A stretch of DNA of 44,118 nucleotides, taken from positions 1 through 44,118 of the forward strand of contig PFJN01000044.1 in the NCBI GenBank assembly GCA_002783105.1, written 5' to 3'. The stretch is from Candidatus Pacebacteria bacterium CG_4_10_14_3_um_filter_34_15 (GTDB lineage Bacteria > Patescibacteriota > Microgenomatia > UBA1400 > PJMF01). Numbering within the stretch: position 1 is the stretch's first letter; each line of letters begins with the position of its first letter. The position numbers and the translations under genes are program-made. Below the pieces are notes generated by a model. The model did not search any database, was not told the origin of the DNA, and was given only the letters and a program-made list of their open reading frames with translations. Below, one piece after another: positions 1 to 9,182 of this stretch.

Positions 1-9
1 AAATATATG

Positions 10-82
10 TGAGTCGAGAGGGACTCGAACCCCCGACCAGTAAGGTATAAGCTTACCGCTCTACCAACTGAGCTATCGACTC
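10..82 (-). tRNA. tRNA-Ile, anticodon UAU (CCA not encoded)
   Basis: Reverse complement folds as a cloverleaf: acceptor GAGTCGA/TCGACTC, D arm GCTC-AGTTGGTA-GAGC, anticodon arm GTAAG-CT TAT AC-CTTAC, variable TGGTC, T arm GGGGG-TTCGAGT-CCCTC, discriminator A. Confidence 0.95.
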
Positions 83-176
83 ATTTGTGCAATTTGCTCA
101 GAAGATTGCAGACTCATTATATAACACAAAACTTCAACTTCAATCATAATTTCAGGCTGTAAGCAATATTTTGTGA

Positions 177-185
177 TGTTATAAT
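177..185 (+). promoter_or_regulatory. Putative extended -10 promoter (TGtTATAAT) for the ABC exporter operon
   Basis: TGTTATAAT 23 nt upstream of the ATG at 209, with an AAAGGA SD-like motif in between. Confidence 0.55.
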
Positions 186-208
186 TACCCTTCAGAAAGA
201 AACATTAA

Positions 209-1252
209 ATGAAAAATATTTTTAGCTCAACATTAAATCAAATGAAAAAAAGATGGAAACTCTCTTCAATAATCGCCGTAGTTGTCATATTAATATTAGT
301 TTTTGTAGTTCGCTCGAATGCTACTAAAAATAATCTTCAGCTCAAATTTGAACACCCTGTCAAAAATTCTATTACCAAAACTTTAGAAATTTCCGGCCAT
401 GTCGATGCTAAGCAAAAAGCGCGCTTAAGATTTGCCGCTGGTGGAAAAGTCGTCTATTTAGGAGCTCAAGAAGGTGATATTGTCAAAAAATGGCAAACAA
501 TTGCTTCAATTGATGCTGCATCACTTGCCAAAACACTTCAAAAAGACCTAAATCTCTACATGAAAGAACGATGGGATTGGGAAACAACAACTGACAACAA
601 CAAAGGTCAGTCTCTCGATACTGTTGAACAAAGAACGGTTGATAAAGAACAATGGGACTTAAACAATACGGTCATTGATGTCGAAATTCAAGACATAGCA
701 ATAAAAAATACCACTATTTATACTCCTTTTGAAGGCATCCTAACTAGCTCTCCAACCACAGTTACAGGCGTACAACTCTTGGCTAGTGATTATTTTGAAA
801 TCGTCAACCCAAACTCACTAATATTTAGAGCCGCAGTGGATGAGTCTGATATTTCATTCATTTCTGAAGGCCAAACAGCTAATCTGGTCTTAGATTCATA
901 TCCAAACGAAATAATTTCGACTACCGTAAGCTACGTTTCCTTTGTCAGTACTGAAACATCAAGCGGAACAGCTTTTATCATTGAATTTCCTTTAAATGAA
1001 ACTACTAATAGTAATCTACTCAGAATTGGTATGAATGGCGACATCAACATAGTATTGGAAACCAAAAATAATGTGCTTACTATTCCAACAATTTCTATCA
1101 CTCAAAGAGAAAATAAAATATTTGTAAATGTCAAAACTGGAGAAAATCAATCTGAAGAAAAAGAAATAAAAATTGGCTTGGAAACTGATGATACCGTTGA
1201 GGTTTTAGAAGGACTTTCTGAGTCAGATGAAATTGTAGTTCCAGAACAATAA
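209..1252 (+). CDS. Efflux membrane fusion (adaptor) protein, MacA/YknX-like
   Basis: N-terminal TM; lipoyl-like halves (GGKVVYLGAQEGDIVKK; IYTPFEGIL); VDESDI...GQ; C-terminal IKIGLETDDTVEVLEGLSESD; first gene of the ABC operon. Confidence 0.9.
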   Translation: MKNIFSSTLNQMKKRWKLSSIIAVVVILILVFVVRSNATKNNLQLKFEHPVKNSITKTLEISGHVDAKQKARLRFAAGGKVVYLGAQEGDIVKKWQTIASIDAASLAKTLQKDLNLYMKERWDWETTTDNNKGQSLDTVEQRTVDKEQWDLNNTVIDVEIQDIAIKNTTIYTPFEGILTSSPTTVTGVQLLASDYFEIVNPNSLIFRAAVDESDISFISEGQTANLVLDSYPNEIISTTVSYVSFVSTETSSGTAFIIEFPLNETTNSNLLRIGMNGDINIVLETKNNVLTIPTISITQRENKIFVNVKTGENQSEEKEIKIGLETDDTVEVLEGLSESDEIVVPEQ

Positions 1253-1256
1253 CATA

Positions 1257-1952
1257 ATGTTAAAATTATTAAATGTTTCTAAACATTACCAATTAGGTAA
1301 TAATCTTATCAAAGCTTTAAATAATGTATCTTTAGAGGTTAAAACGGGTGAATTTATCTCCATCATGGGTCCATCAGGATCTGGAAAATCAACATTCTTA
1401 CAAGTAGCTAGTATTTTGGCAGAACCAACAAGTGGTCAAATTTTTCTTAAAGACAAAGAAGTTAGTTTATATAACGAGATCGAACGAGCAAAACTCAGAA
1501 ATAAAGAAATTGGATTCATTTTTCAATCTTTTAATTTATTAGCAAGAACATCTGCAATCGATAATGTCGCCCTACCCTTGGTATATTCTGGCGTTAAACA
1601 TTCAGAGCAAATGAGAAAAGCAAAAGAAATTTTAGAAAAAGTAGGACTTGGAGACAGATTGAATAATTCGCCCGCACAACTTTCTGGTGGACAACAACAA
1701 AGAGTTGCTATTGCTCGCGCTCTTATTAACGACCCATCTATTGTTTTTGCAGATGAGCCAACAGGAAATCTTGATTCAAAATCTGGTGATGAGATTATGG
1801 ATATATTGTTAAAACTTCATAAAGAAGGCAAAACTATTGTGATGGTTACTCATGAAGAAGAAATTGCCCAATGTGCCAAAAGACAGATAGTATTTAAAGA
1901 TGGAAAAATTATCAAAGATTTTAAAACTAAAACGGCAAAAAAGAAAAAATAA
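1257..1952 (+). CDS. ABC transporter ATP-binding protein, MacB/LolD family
   Basis: Walker [18 protein letters not shown], signature LSGGQQQR, Walker [15 protein letters not shown]. Confidence 0.96.
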   Translation: MLKLLNVSKHYQLGNNLIKALNNVSLEVKTGEFISIMGPSGSGKSTFLQVASILAEPTSGQIFLKDKEVSLYNEIERAKLRNKEIGFIFQSFNLLARTSAIDNVALPLVYSGVKHSEQMRKAKEILEKVGLGDRLNNSPAQLSGGQQQRVAIARALINDPSIVFADEPTGNLDSKSGDEIMDILLKLHKEGKTIVMVTHEEEIAQCAKRQIVFKDGKIIKDFKTKTAKKKK

Positions 1953-3160
1953 TGCTTAACACATTTAAAATTGCGATAAAAGCAATTCTAGTAAATAAAT
2001 ACAGGTCATTTTTAACAATGTTGGGCGTTATCATTGGAGTGGGTTCTGTTGTCATGCTCACAGCAATTGGAACTGGCCTCCAAGCCTATATTTCCGAACA
2101 ATTTGATGAGTTAGGAGCAAATACAGTTCTTGTTTTTCCAGGAGACCCTTTTGGAGAAGGTGGTGGCTTTAGCAGAGAAAATCAATTAAATGCGCTAGCA
2201 AATAGCAAGCTTGAGATGAATGATGTAAAAGAAATAGAAAAAATTAGAGAATTTGTCGAGTTGGCAGTCCCTTTTACCACTCAAACAGACAATATCTCTT
2301 ATAGGAATAATGATAAATCCGTAACAGTTGTTGGATCAACTCATGAATACCTAGTTGCTCAGCCAAGTACTAAAGTCGAAAAAGGCAGATTTTTTGATAA
2401 AAATGAAAATGATTCTAAGAAAAAAGTAGTGGTTATTGGCTTCAAAGTGGCAGAAGAACTGTTTGGAAGTATCGATCCAATTGGCAAAAAAGTGAAAATT
2501 GGTAACCAAACATATACTGTTATCGGCATGCAAGAAGAGGCCGGTGGTTCTTTTGGAGGACCAAGTCTAGACACATATATCTATATTCCTCTAGAAACAA
2601 TGTTCAAACAATACGATACTAAAAAGATTTTAGAAATTGTTGTTAAAACTAAAAGTGCTGACAATATTCCAGAGAGCATTGCTGCTATCGAGAAACAAAT
2701 GTTAAAGAAATATGAAGATGACGAATTTTCAGTCTTTGATCAATCAGAAATTTTAGACACTATTAATCAAATACTTGGAGTTTTAACAATAGCACTTGGC
2801 GGTATCTCTGGGATTTCGCTTCTAGTTGGTGGAATTGGAATTATGAATATTATGCTAGTTTCTGTCACCGAAAGAACGAGAGAAATCGGCCTTAGAAAGG
2901 CCTTGGGAGCCACTCCAAACACAATTTTAATGCAGTTCTTAATTGAAGCCGCAGTACTTTCAGTCTTAGGCGGATTAATTGGTCTAATAATAGCATTCTT
3001 AGGAACCTTGGCAATTCAACTATATTTCCCTGCCAAAATCACTCTGCAAGCAGTAATTCTAGCCTTTGGTGTTTCCACAGTTGTTGGCTTAGTTTTTGGG
3101 GCAGCACCAGCTAGAAGGGCCTCCAAACTATCTCCAATTGAAGCACTTAGGTATGAATAA
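1952..3160 (+). CDS. ABC transporter permease, MacB/FtsX family
   Basis: RSFLTMLGVIIGV, large extracytoplasmic loop, VGGIGIMNIMLVSVTERTREIGLRKALGA, PARRASKLSPIEALRYE; TAATG stop/start coupling with the upstream gene. Confidence 0.96.
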   Translation: MLNTFKIAIKAILVNKYRSFLTMLGVIIGVGSVVMLTAIGTGLQAYISEQFDELGANTVLVFPGDPFGEGGGFSRENQLNALANSKLEMNDVKEIEKIREFVELAVPFTTQTDNISYRNNDKSVTVVGSTHEYLVAQPSTKVEKGRFFDKNENDSKKKVVVIGFKVAEELFGSIDPIGKKVKIGNQTYTVIGMQEEAGGSFGGPSLDTYIYIPLETMFKQYDTKKILEIVVKTKSADNIPESIAAIEKQMLKKYEDDEFSVFDQSEILDTINQILGVLTIALGGISGISLLVGGIGIMNIMLVSVTERTREIGLRKALGATPNTILMQFLIEAAVLSVLGGLIGLIIAFLGTLAIQLYFPAKITLQAVILAFGVSTVVGLVFGAAPARRASKLSPIEALRYE

Positions 3161-3251
3161 GATTGAGTAACTTTCTAGTAATTGTTTCTAAATCAGCTAA
3201 ATTGAGCTTGTTTGTATAAATATTTACTAGACATAGTATACTAAATCCACC

Positions 3252-3659
3252 ATGTTTTTTAAAACTAAGCTTCTCATCTTCTTAATTATTCTTACTTCTA
3301 CTGGAGCCACACTCTACTACTTCGGAGATCGAAAAAAAATAAATGAAATAACGCAACAAACTCTAGAGGAAACTCCTCTGAAAAATCTTGTTGAGAGGGC
3401 AAATAATTTTGATAAAAATAAAATTAATTTTGACCTTGACAGTATGGTTCAAGGCGTCGAACAGGAATTCTCACAGCTATCAACTCACACAGAAGAAGTA
3501 AAGAAACACGCCGACAACATTCTAGGAGCTACAAAATCGCTCGAATCGCCTTTTGATGCAACTGCAGATTCAACTCCAATCTACGAAAAAACCTTTGAAT
3601 ATGGAAAATATGTCTATTGCAAACAGGTTGTTGAAGATTACGAAGAATTTAATAAATAA
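3252..3659 (+). CDS. Hypothetical membrane-anchored protein
   Basis: 135-aa ORF with N-terminal hydrophobic segment; TATACT box 9 nt upstream of the ATG. Confidence 0.75.
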   Translation: MFFKTKLLIFLIILTSTGATLYYFGDRKKINEITQQTLEETPLKNLVERANNFDKNKINFDLDSMVQGVEQEFSQLSTHTEEVKKHADNILGATKSLESPFDATADSTPIYEKTFEYGKYVYCKQVVEDYEEFNK

Positions 3660-3664
3660 ATTTA

Positions 3665-3772
3665 TAAAAAATAACTTAATATTTATGTAAACAAGTCTGA
3701 TGAAGCGTAGATTTATAATATCTTAAAATCTGCGTAATTAAACTTGTGTCACAAATATTAAGTTATTTTTTA
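3665..3772. repeat. Long inverted repeat/hairpin between convergent genes (possible bidirectional terminator)
   Basis: Perfect 20-bp arms TAAAAAATAACTTAATATTT (3665-3684) / AAATATTAAGTTATTTTTTA (3753-3772), continued inward by ACAAGT/ACTTGT and CGTAGATTT/AAATCTGCG. Confidence 0.8.
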
Positions 3773-6106
3773 CTAAAGATTGCTTCTACTCTGAATTTCT
3801 GCTTCAACCACATGGACATCTTTACCATACTTTAATCTAGAAAGCTCTTTGATCATCTCTGCCTGTTTTGGATTCATTCTAGCCTTGATATCGTCCATAT
3901 CTTTTGCCAATGACATACTGAAAGGAGGTACTGGCTCATTGTTAACAATGGTTTTGATATAAACGTGATATTTTTCAATATTTGTTAAATCTCCCTCATT
4001 AAAAACTGGTGCATACTCATGTTGCAAAAAGTTTGCATCTGGAACACCCACTCGGAAAGAAATCATAGTACCAACGTTACCAAAAACAGCATTTTTAACA
4101 TCTTCATCGATCTGACCAACAAACTGATTGGCAACTATCAGGTTCAGGCGATACTTACGAGCTTCAGATAGAATAACTGCAAAATCTTCTGTGGCATAGT
4201 TTTGGAACTCATCAACATATAAGAAAAAGTCTTTTCGATCTTCCATAGCCATGTCCTGACGACTCATGGCGGCGGTCAAAACTTTTGGCACAAGAATCAA
4301 ACCTAAAAATTTTGCATCTTCCTCACCCAAAATACCTTTTGAAAGATTACAAAGAATAACTTTTTGCTCATCCATTGCCTGTCTAATATTAAATGAGCTT
4401 TCTGGTTGACCAATAATATTACGCATGGTTTTGTTTGTAACAAAACGACCAAATTTAGAAACAATATAATCAAGAACTTCAGACTTATGAAAATCCGCCG
4501 TTTGAGCAATTTGATCAGTCCAGTATCGTTTCACCACCGGATCCAAAACTAAAGGTAACATTTCATCAACATATTTAGCATCTGTCAAAATACGCACTAA
4601 CTCGATAAAAGTACTACCCTTTTTATACATAATCGTAAGCATGGCATTTCTAATTGCATGTTCAAATCTTGGGCCAATAATTCCGGTTCTATGAGGATCA
4701 TAAAGTTTGTACATTAATCCAATAATTGAGCCAACAACAAAATGTCTCTGTTCTTCGGAATCAGCCTCCATCATATTCAAACCCATAGGTCTACTTAAAT
4801 CAGAAGGATTAAAATAAATAACATCATCAGCTCTCTCTGGAGGCATTAATTCTAAAACATCTTCAATAAACTCTCCGTGAGGATCAATGGCACAAACTCC
4901 TTTGCCCGCTTCAATGTCCTGCAGAATCATTTCCTTCAAAAATTCAGATTTTCCTGTACCAGTTTTACCAATAATGTACATATGTCTTCTGCGATCATCA
5001 TCACCAATGAAAACTTCCCTCATTTCGCCCCTATAGTTTGATTTTCCCAGATATAAACCTGTCTTTGGAATGTTATGAGGAGCTGGAGCGTTTTTTGCAT
5101 TCAGATATCTAATATGATGAGTTTCAACGGTCTTATTTGGTAAATGAAAAATTGTTGCGAGCTCTTCTGAATTTAGAATAAAAGTGCCAGCCCCAAATAT
5201 TGGCATATACCGATAAATAAAATCAATCATGAAAAGTTGCTTCATCAAAATAATTTTTGGTCTCTTAAATGAATTATAGGCAGAAGAATATTGAGCAAAA
5301 GAACCAGCAATGTTATTAAGATGAGAATCAGCTGTATGTTCATTTTGTGCGGATACAACAATGCGAATAGAAACCTTAAAACCTGGTTTTTCTATTTTTT
5401 GCGAGATCATTTCCATTTCTTTTGGATCATTAGTATAGGTAGCATTTTTTGGATCCGACTCTCTTTTTTTCTGAGCAGAAATATATGATCTGCCCTTACT
5501 TTGCCAACGCCTTGATTCTGGCTGAAGAAGAATTTGAACAATTGCACCTTCTCCTGGACCCATTTTAGATAGAGCTGAAGTCAATAATGATAAGCCATCA
5601 GTTGGCAAGTCTTTATACAGCTTTATTGGCAAAAATGTTGATTTATCAAGTTTAATAGAGTTAAAAGCTACTTTTCCTTTTTTACTAAAAATATTGACTT
5701 CATCTGTCTCTTTTATATCTGCATTAGGATATGCTCCATGAATTTGCTTTTCTACCAAATCTCTAATTCTTTTTGGGCAATTCATATAAAAAGAAATTTC
5801 TTCTTGAAGAGCAACTAATTCAAATGAAAATAAATCCTCGGCTTGCGCCCATGAAAAAAATCCACTTTTTTTTAATGTATATAGCGATGCAAAAAGTTGT
5901 TCAGCAGCATCAATTTTTGTTTCGTTATCTTTTGGCACTCTCACAAGCAAAGTCACGAATTCAAGAGCAACTTTCTCTCGGTTTCGATGTTTAAACCATT
6001 GAAATAACATATAAACAAATACGGCAAATATTGCTATAAATAAAATAAACAACACCACAGTCATTATTATCGAAACTAATTGCGCTGTAAAATCACCTTT
6101 AAACAT
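3773..6106 (-). CDS. VirD4/TraG/TraD-like type IV secretion coupling ATPase (HerA/FtsK superfamily)
   Basis: N-terminal TM; RRRHMYIIGKTGTGKS (Walker A), IDPHGE, FFLYVDEFQNY (Walker B), LSEARKYRL, ANQFVGQ, VFGNVGT. Confidence 0.88.
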   Translation of the reverse strand: MFKGDFTAQLVSIIMTVVLFILFIAIFAVFVYMLFQWFKHRNREKVALEFVTLLVRVPKDNETKIDAAEQLFASLYTLKKSGFFSWAQAEDLFSFELVALQEEISFYMNCPKRIRDLVEKQIHGAYPNADIKETDEVNIFSKKGKVAFNSIKLDKSTFLPIKLYKDLPTDGLSLLTSALSKMGPGEGAIVQILLQPESRRWQSKGRSYISAQKKRESDPKNATYTNDPKEMEMISQKIEKPGFKVSIRIVVSAQNEHTADSHLNNIAGSFAQYSSAYNSFKRPKIILMKQLFMIDFIYRYMPIFGAGTFILNSEELATIFHLPNKTVETHHIRYLNAKNAPAPHNIPKTGLYLGKSNYRGEMREVFIGDDDRRRHMYIIGKTGTGKSEFLKEMILQDIEAGKGVCAIDPHGEFIEDVLELMPPERADDVIYFNPSDLSRPMGLNMMEADSEEQRHFVVGSIIGLMYKLYDPHRTGIIGPRFEHAIRNAMLTIMYKKGSTFIELVRILTDAKYVDEMLPLVLDPVVKRYWTDQIAQTADFHKSEVLDYIVSKFGRFVTNKTMRNIIGQPESSFNIRQAMDEQKVILCNLSKGILGEEDAKFLGLILVPKVLTAAMSRQDMAMEDRKDFFLYVDEFQNYATEDFAVILSEARKYRLNLIVANQFVGQIDEDVKNAVFGNVGTMISFRVGVPDANFLQHEYAPVFNEGDLTNIEKYHVYIKTIVNNEPVPPFSMSLAKDMDDIKARMNPKQAEMIKELSRLKYGKDVHVVEAEIQSRSNL

Positions 6107-6764
6107 TTAATCTATCCTTATGCCCCAGGGCACCCTCTCTGGCTTCGCCATGGCCCAGGCCAGCTTCTCTTGCTTCGCAATTCACCTTCTTCACCTTGTA
6201 AACTGCTTTTCCAGCAAATAATTTAATAACTTTATGACTCCACTCGACTAACCACCTAAAACTAAACTTCAAACTTTTCTTTTCACCCTCTTTTTCTTCG
6301 TCTTGAGTTATTGGCAAAACAACTACTGGAGTTGAGGGATAATTAGCTTTGGCTGTTTCTACTGTCCCATCTGCAATCACAATCTCTTGAGGAGCTTGAT
6401 TCTGATGATCCTCAACTCTATGAAGAAAGCTCTCAACTTCGACAGGAATTTCGGGCATTTTTTCATGCTCAACTAGCGTTACTCCACCACCTACGTCAAT
6501 TGGAGCAGAATCAAGCAGAGATGAAGATTCTGCTTTCTCTTTAGCAGTTCTCGTTGGGTTAAGTGGATTTAAAGTATCTGTCGATTGGCGTATTGCTGTA
6601 GTAACAGCTTGAGGAGCAATTGAACCTATCTCATCCAAAATTTCACCAAATGTATTTAAATCTCCAGTAGTTTGAATCTGATCAGTGGAAATAAGATTTG
6701 CACTTTGAACATCGTCCGTTGCTGGATCATATAAAACTGGTTGGGTCTGGGCAGTATCTGTCAT
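6099..6764 (-). CDS. Hypothetical protein coupled to the VirD4-like ATPase
   Basis: 221-aa ORF, acidic/low-complexity N-part, LPIT...RWLVEW motif near the C-terminus; overlaps the ATPase start by 8 bp. Confidence 0.8.
   Translation of the reverse strand: MTDTAQTQPVLYDPATDDVQSANLISTDQIQTTGDLNTFGEILDEIGSIAPQAVTTAIRQSTDTLNPLNPTRTAKEKAESSSLLDSAPIDVGGGVTLVEHEKMPEIPVEVESFLHRVEDHQNQAPQEIVIADGTVETAKANYPSTPVVVLPITQDEEKEGEKKSLKFSFRWLVEWSHKVIKLFAGKAVYKVKKVNCEAREAGLGHGEAREGALGHKDRLNV
6120..6179. repeat. GC-rich 2 x 30-bp imperfect tandem repeat
   Basis: ATGCCCCAGGGCACCCTCTCTGGCTTCGCC / ATGGCCCAGGCCAGCTTCTCTTGCTTCGCA: 24/30 identical, 39/60 G+C; encodes EAREAGLGHG-EAREGALGH on the minus strand. Confidence 0.85.
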
Positions 6765-6789
6765 ATTATCTTACTCATAATAATATCAT

Positions 6790-7317
6790 TTATTTGATGA
6801 TAACCACATCACCGACTTCAAGATTATATTTGTCAATATCACCTGAATTAAGCTCTAAAACTTTATCTGAATATTTCTTTATTGAAACTCTCTCAATATC
6901 TTGACTTGCCGTCCCTGGAATTGGCTTTTTGATGTTTTTTGAGAAGCCAACAACTTCATTGCCATTGATCCAAACAAAATCTAAATCAAATTTCATATCA
7001 AACATCCAAAAAGTTCTCAAAGTACTGTCAGGAAAAACAAACAACAATCCATCACTACCAATTTCATCTCGACCACTTAGTCCTTGTTGAGTGCTTTGAG
7101 AAGTATTGGCGATTTCAACATTAAGATTTGTCCTAATTTCTGGAAATGAAGATTTTGAGTCACTGCCATTTTTAATCAAAATTGAGATCATTTCTCCATC
7201 AGAAATTTTATCAAAAGACCCTAATGACTCAGACTTTTTTTTATAAAGATTAAGCATAAGTAAAACCAGACAGAAAATTAATAAAATACTAATATTTATA
7301 ATTCTATTTGAAAACAT
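6790..7317 (-). CDS. DUF192 family protein
   Basis: N-terminal TM; VEIANT...QGLSGR...GLLFVF...FWMFDMKFDLDFVWI...VLELNSG...VGD. Confidence 0.9.
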   Translation of the reverse strand: MFSNRIINISILLIFCLVLLMLNLYKKKSESLGSFDKISDGEMISILIKNGSDSKSSFPEIRTNLNVEIANTSQSTQQGLSGRDEIGSDGLLFVFPDSTLRTFWMFDMKFDLDFVWINGNEVVGFSKNIKKPIPGTASQDIERVSIKKYSDKVLELNSGDIDKYNLEVGDVVIIK

Positions 7318-8375
7318 ACTTTCTTATTGTATACAGAATCGCAGATAATCCATATATTGAAAAGAAATTTAAAATTATAAAACTCGGAAATAAGTATCTA
7401 TTAAAACCTACTCGAGCATAATAATAGTTTGTTATCAAGCAATAAGCCAATAAAATTAGATTAAGATAATATTTTTTATTAAAAAAAACCTTCTTGAGTG
7501 AAAACAATATTCCTAAAATAGAAAATAAGAAAGAAAAGAAAGATATTAACAAATTATTATAAATAAGCGCATAGTTTTTAAATAAAAACATAAGATACTC
7601 AAAAATATTATAAGAATTAACATATAAAAAACTGTGCTGTTGTCTTATCCTAGCAGTAATAAGTGTTCTAAAACCGTTTACAGGATTGATAAATATCTCA
7701 GGTTCAAGAAAAGTAAATGTTATTAAAAATGATAAAACTCAAATAGATAAAAAATATAGAAAACATATCCATGGAAGCTACCTGAGAAAGCCACTCTAAC
7801 ACTGGATTGAACACAAAAATAGCTATAGAAACAATACTTAGTAAAACTGACTTAAAAATTCTTAAAATAAAAATGCCGTGAATAAATAGAAAAAACAAAA
7901 ACATATAAAAACTATATTGCCTTAGCTCAATAATAATGGACAACCAATTCTCATTAATTAAGGTTTGCAACTCACTTGGGCTTTTGCCACCAGTAGAACC
8001 CCACATTTCTCCAAATCTTCCAAACTCTTTTTGTTCCTGGTTAAACCACTTATCAGCTTTTTGATAATTAAAACCTGAATCACTCTTACTGATAAGAAAT
8101 CCAAAAATGTATTTACCCATTTGAGGTTGATCAATCAAACGATAATCAATTGAAGCCCAATTTGACTTTAGATTTTTTTCTGAAAAATTAAATATTTCAT
8201 AATTTCCATTTATTCTTTGTTGATAAATTTGAGAATCATAAACCCAAACATATTCATCTGTATTGAATGAAGTTTCGTCAATATATTTATAACTCGAATA
8301 TAGCTTGTTAATAACTAGGCATCCGACTGCGATTATCAAAATTATTTTTAATAATTTAAAAATTTTTGACATCAT
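7304..8375 (-). pseudogene. Disrupted GT-C (lipid-carrier-dependent/PMT-like) glycosyltransferase; frameshift near 7704-7738
   Basis: 5' ORF (8375-7704) has TM-DE (NTDEYVW), DQPQMGKYIFG and SMDMF. A second frame is open from 7738 to 7304 (FLEPEIFINPVNG...FNRYLFPSF), overlaps the end of the first, and supplies the typical C-terminal RY-x-x-P motif. Confidence 0.7.
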
Positions 8376-9175
8376 TACTTTTTTTTAAGTTTATAACTAT
8401 TTAATAGAAGTAAAGTTAATGAAAAAAAAGCTATAATTAATAATACCACCTGGTTAACTCCCATATTAGTCCAACTCAACATAGCTTTATCAATCCTTAT
8501 AAAATCTAAAAAGAATCTAATTGCTGAATAAAAGACAGTATAAATTAAAAATAATTTTCCTGTTCCAATTTTAGGTAGTTTTTTCTTTGAATTTAAATAG
8601 TAAATTGCAATGCTAAAGCCAATGGTAGCCACCATTTCGTAAAAAAATAAAGGATGATAATATTCAATATTTTCATATCCTAACAACCTATTCTCAGGGG
8701 AAATATATACTCTAAAAATTGAACCATTAGTAGGTATTCCATACAATTCTTGATTTGCAAAGTTACCAAGCCTACCGATTGCCTGACCAATTGGTAAACC
8801 AAAAATAGCAATATCTAAAAATTCTAGAAATTGAATTTTTTTACCAACGCCATCCGACTTGAAAAAATTACTATTTTGGAAAAAACACAGCGACAGATAA
8901 ACTCCCATCGCTCCTCCTAAAATTCCTCCAAAAATGCTCAGACCTCCGTTCCAGATGAAAAACACTTCTTTAAAATTATCAATGTACAAATTGTAATCTG
9001 TAGCTACGTGCCATAGGCGAGCGCCAATAATACCAAATACCAAGCTTGTAATTATTATTTTCCAAAAATATTTTTCTGAAGATCTTATTTTTTTATACTG
9101 TTTTTCTATTAAAGTAGTTGCGACAACCACAGCAATGCCAACAATAAACCCATACAAATGGAAAGGTAAAATCAT
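8375..9175 (-). CDS. lgt: Prolipoprotein diacylglyceryl transferase
   Basis: LYG, GARLWHV, IWNGGLSIFGG, GQAIGRLGNFANQELYG, HPLFFYE, RFFLDFIR. ATG 9175 preferred over the overlapping upstream start. Confidence 0.92.
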   Translation of the reverse strand: MILPFHLYGFIVGIAVVVATTLIEKQYKKIRSSEKYFWKIIITSLVFGIIGARLWHVATDYNLYIDNFKEVFFIWNGGLSIFGGILGGAMGVYLSLCFFQNSNFFKSDGVGKKIQFLEFLDIAIFGLPIGQAIGRLGNFANQELYGIPTNGSIFRVYISPENRLLGYENIEYYHPLFFYEMVATIGFSIAIYYLNSKKKLPKIGTGKLFLIYTVFYSAIRFFLDFIRIDKAMLSWTNMGVNQVVLLIIAFFSLTLLLLNSYKLKKK

Positions 9176-9182
9176 AAAATGT

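Noticed and set aside
7704-7706. Stop-codon readthrough as the explanation for the split GT-C gene
   Set aside because: The downstream half is in a different frame, so readthrough of this TGA would not join them.
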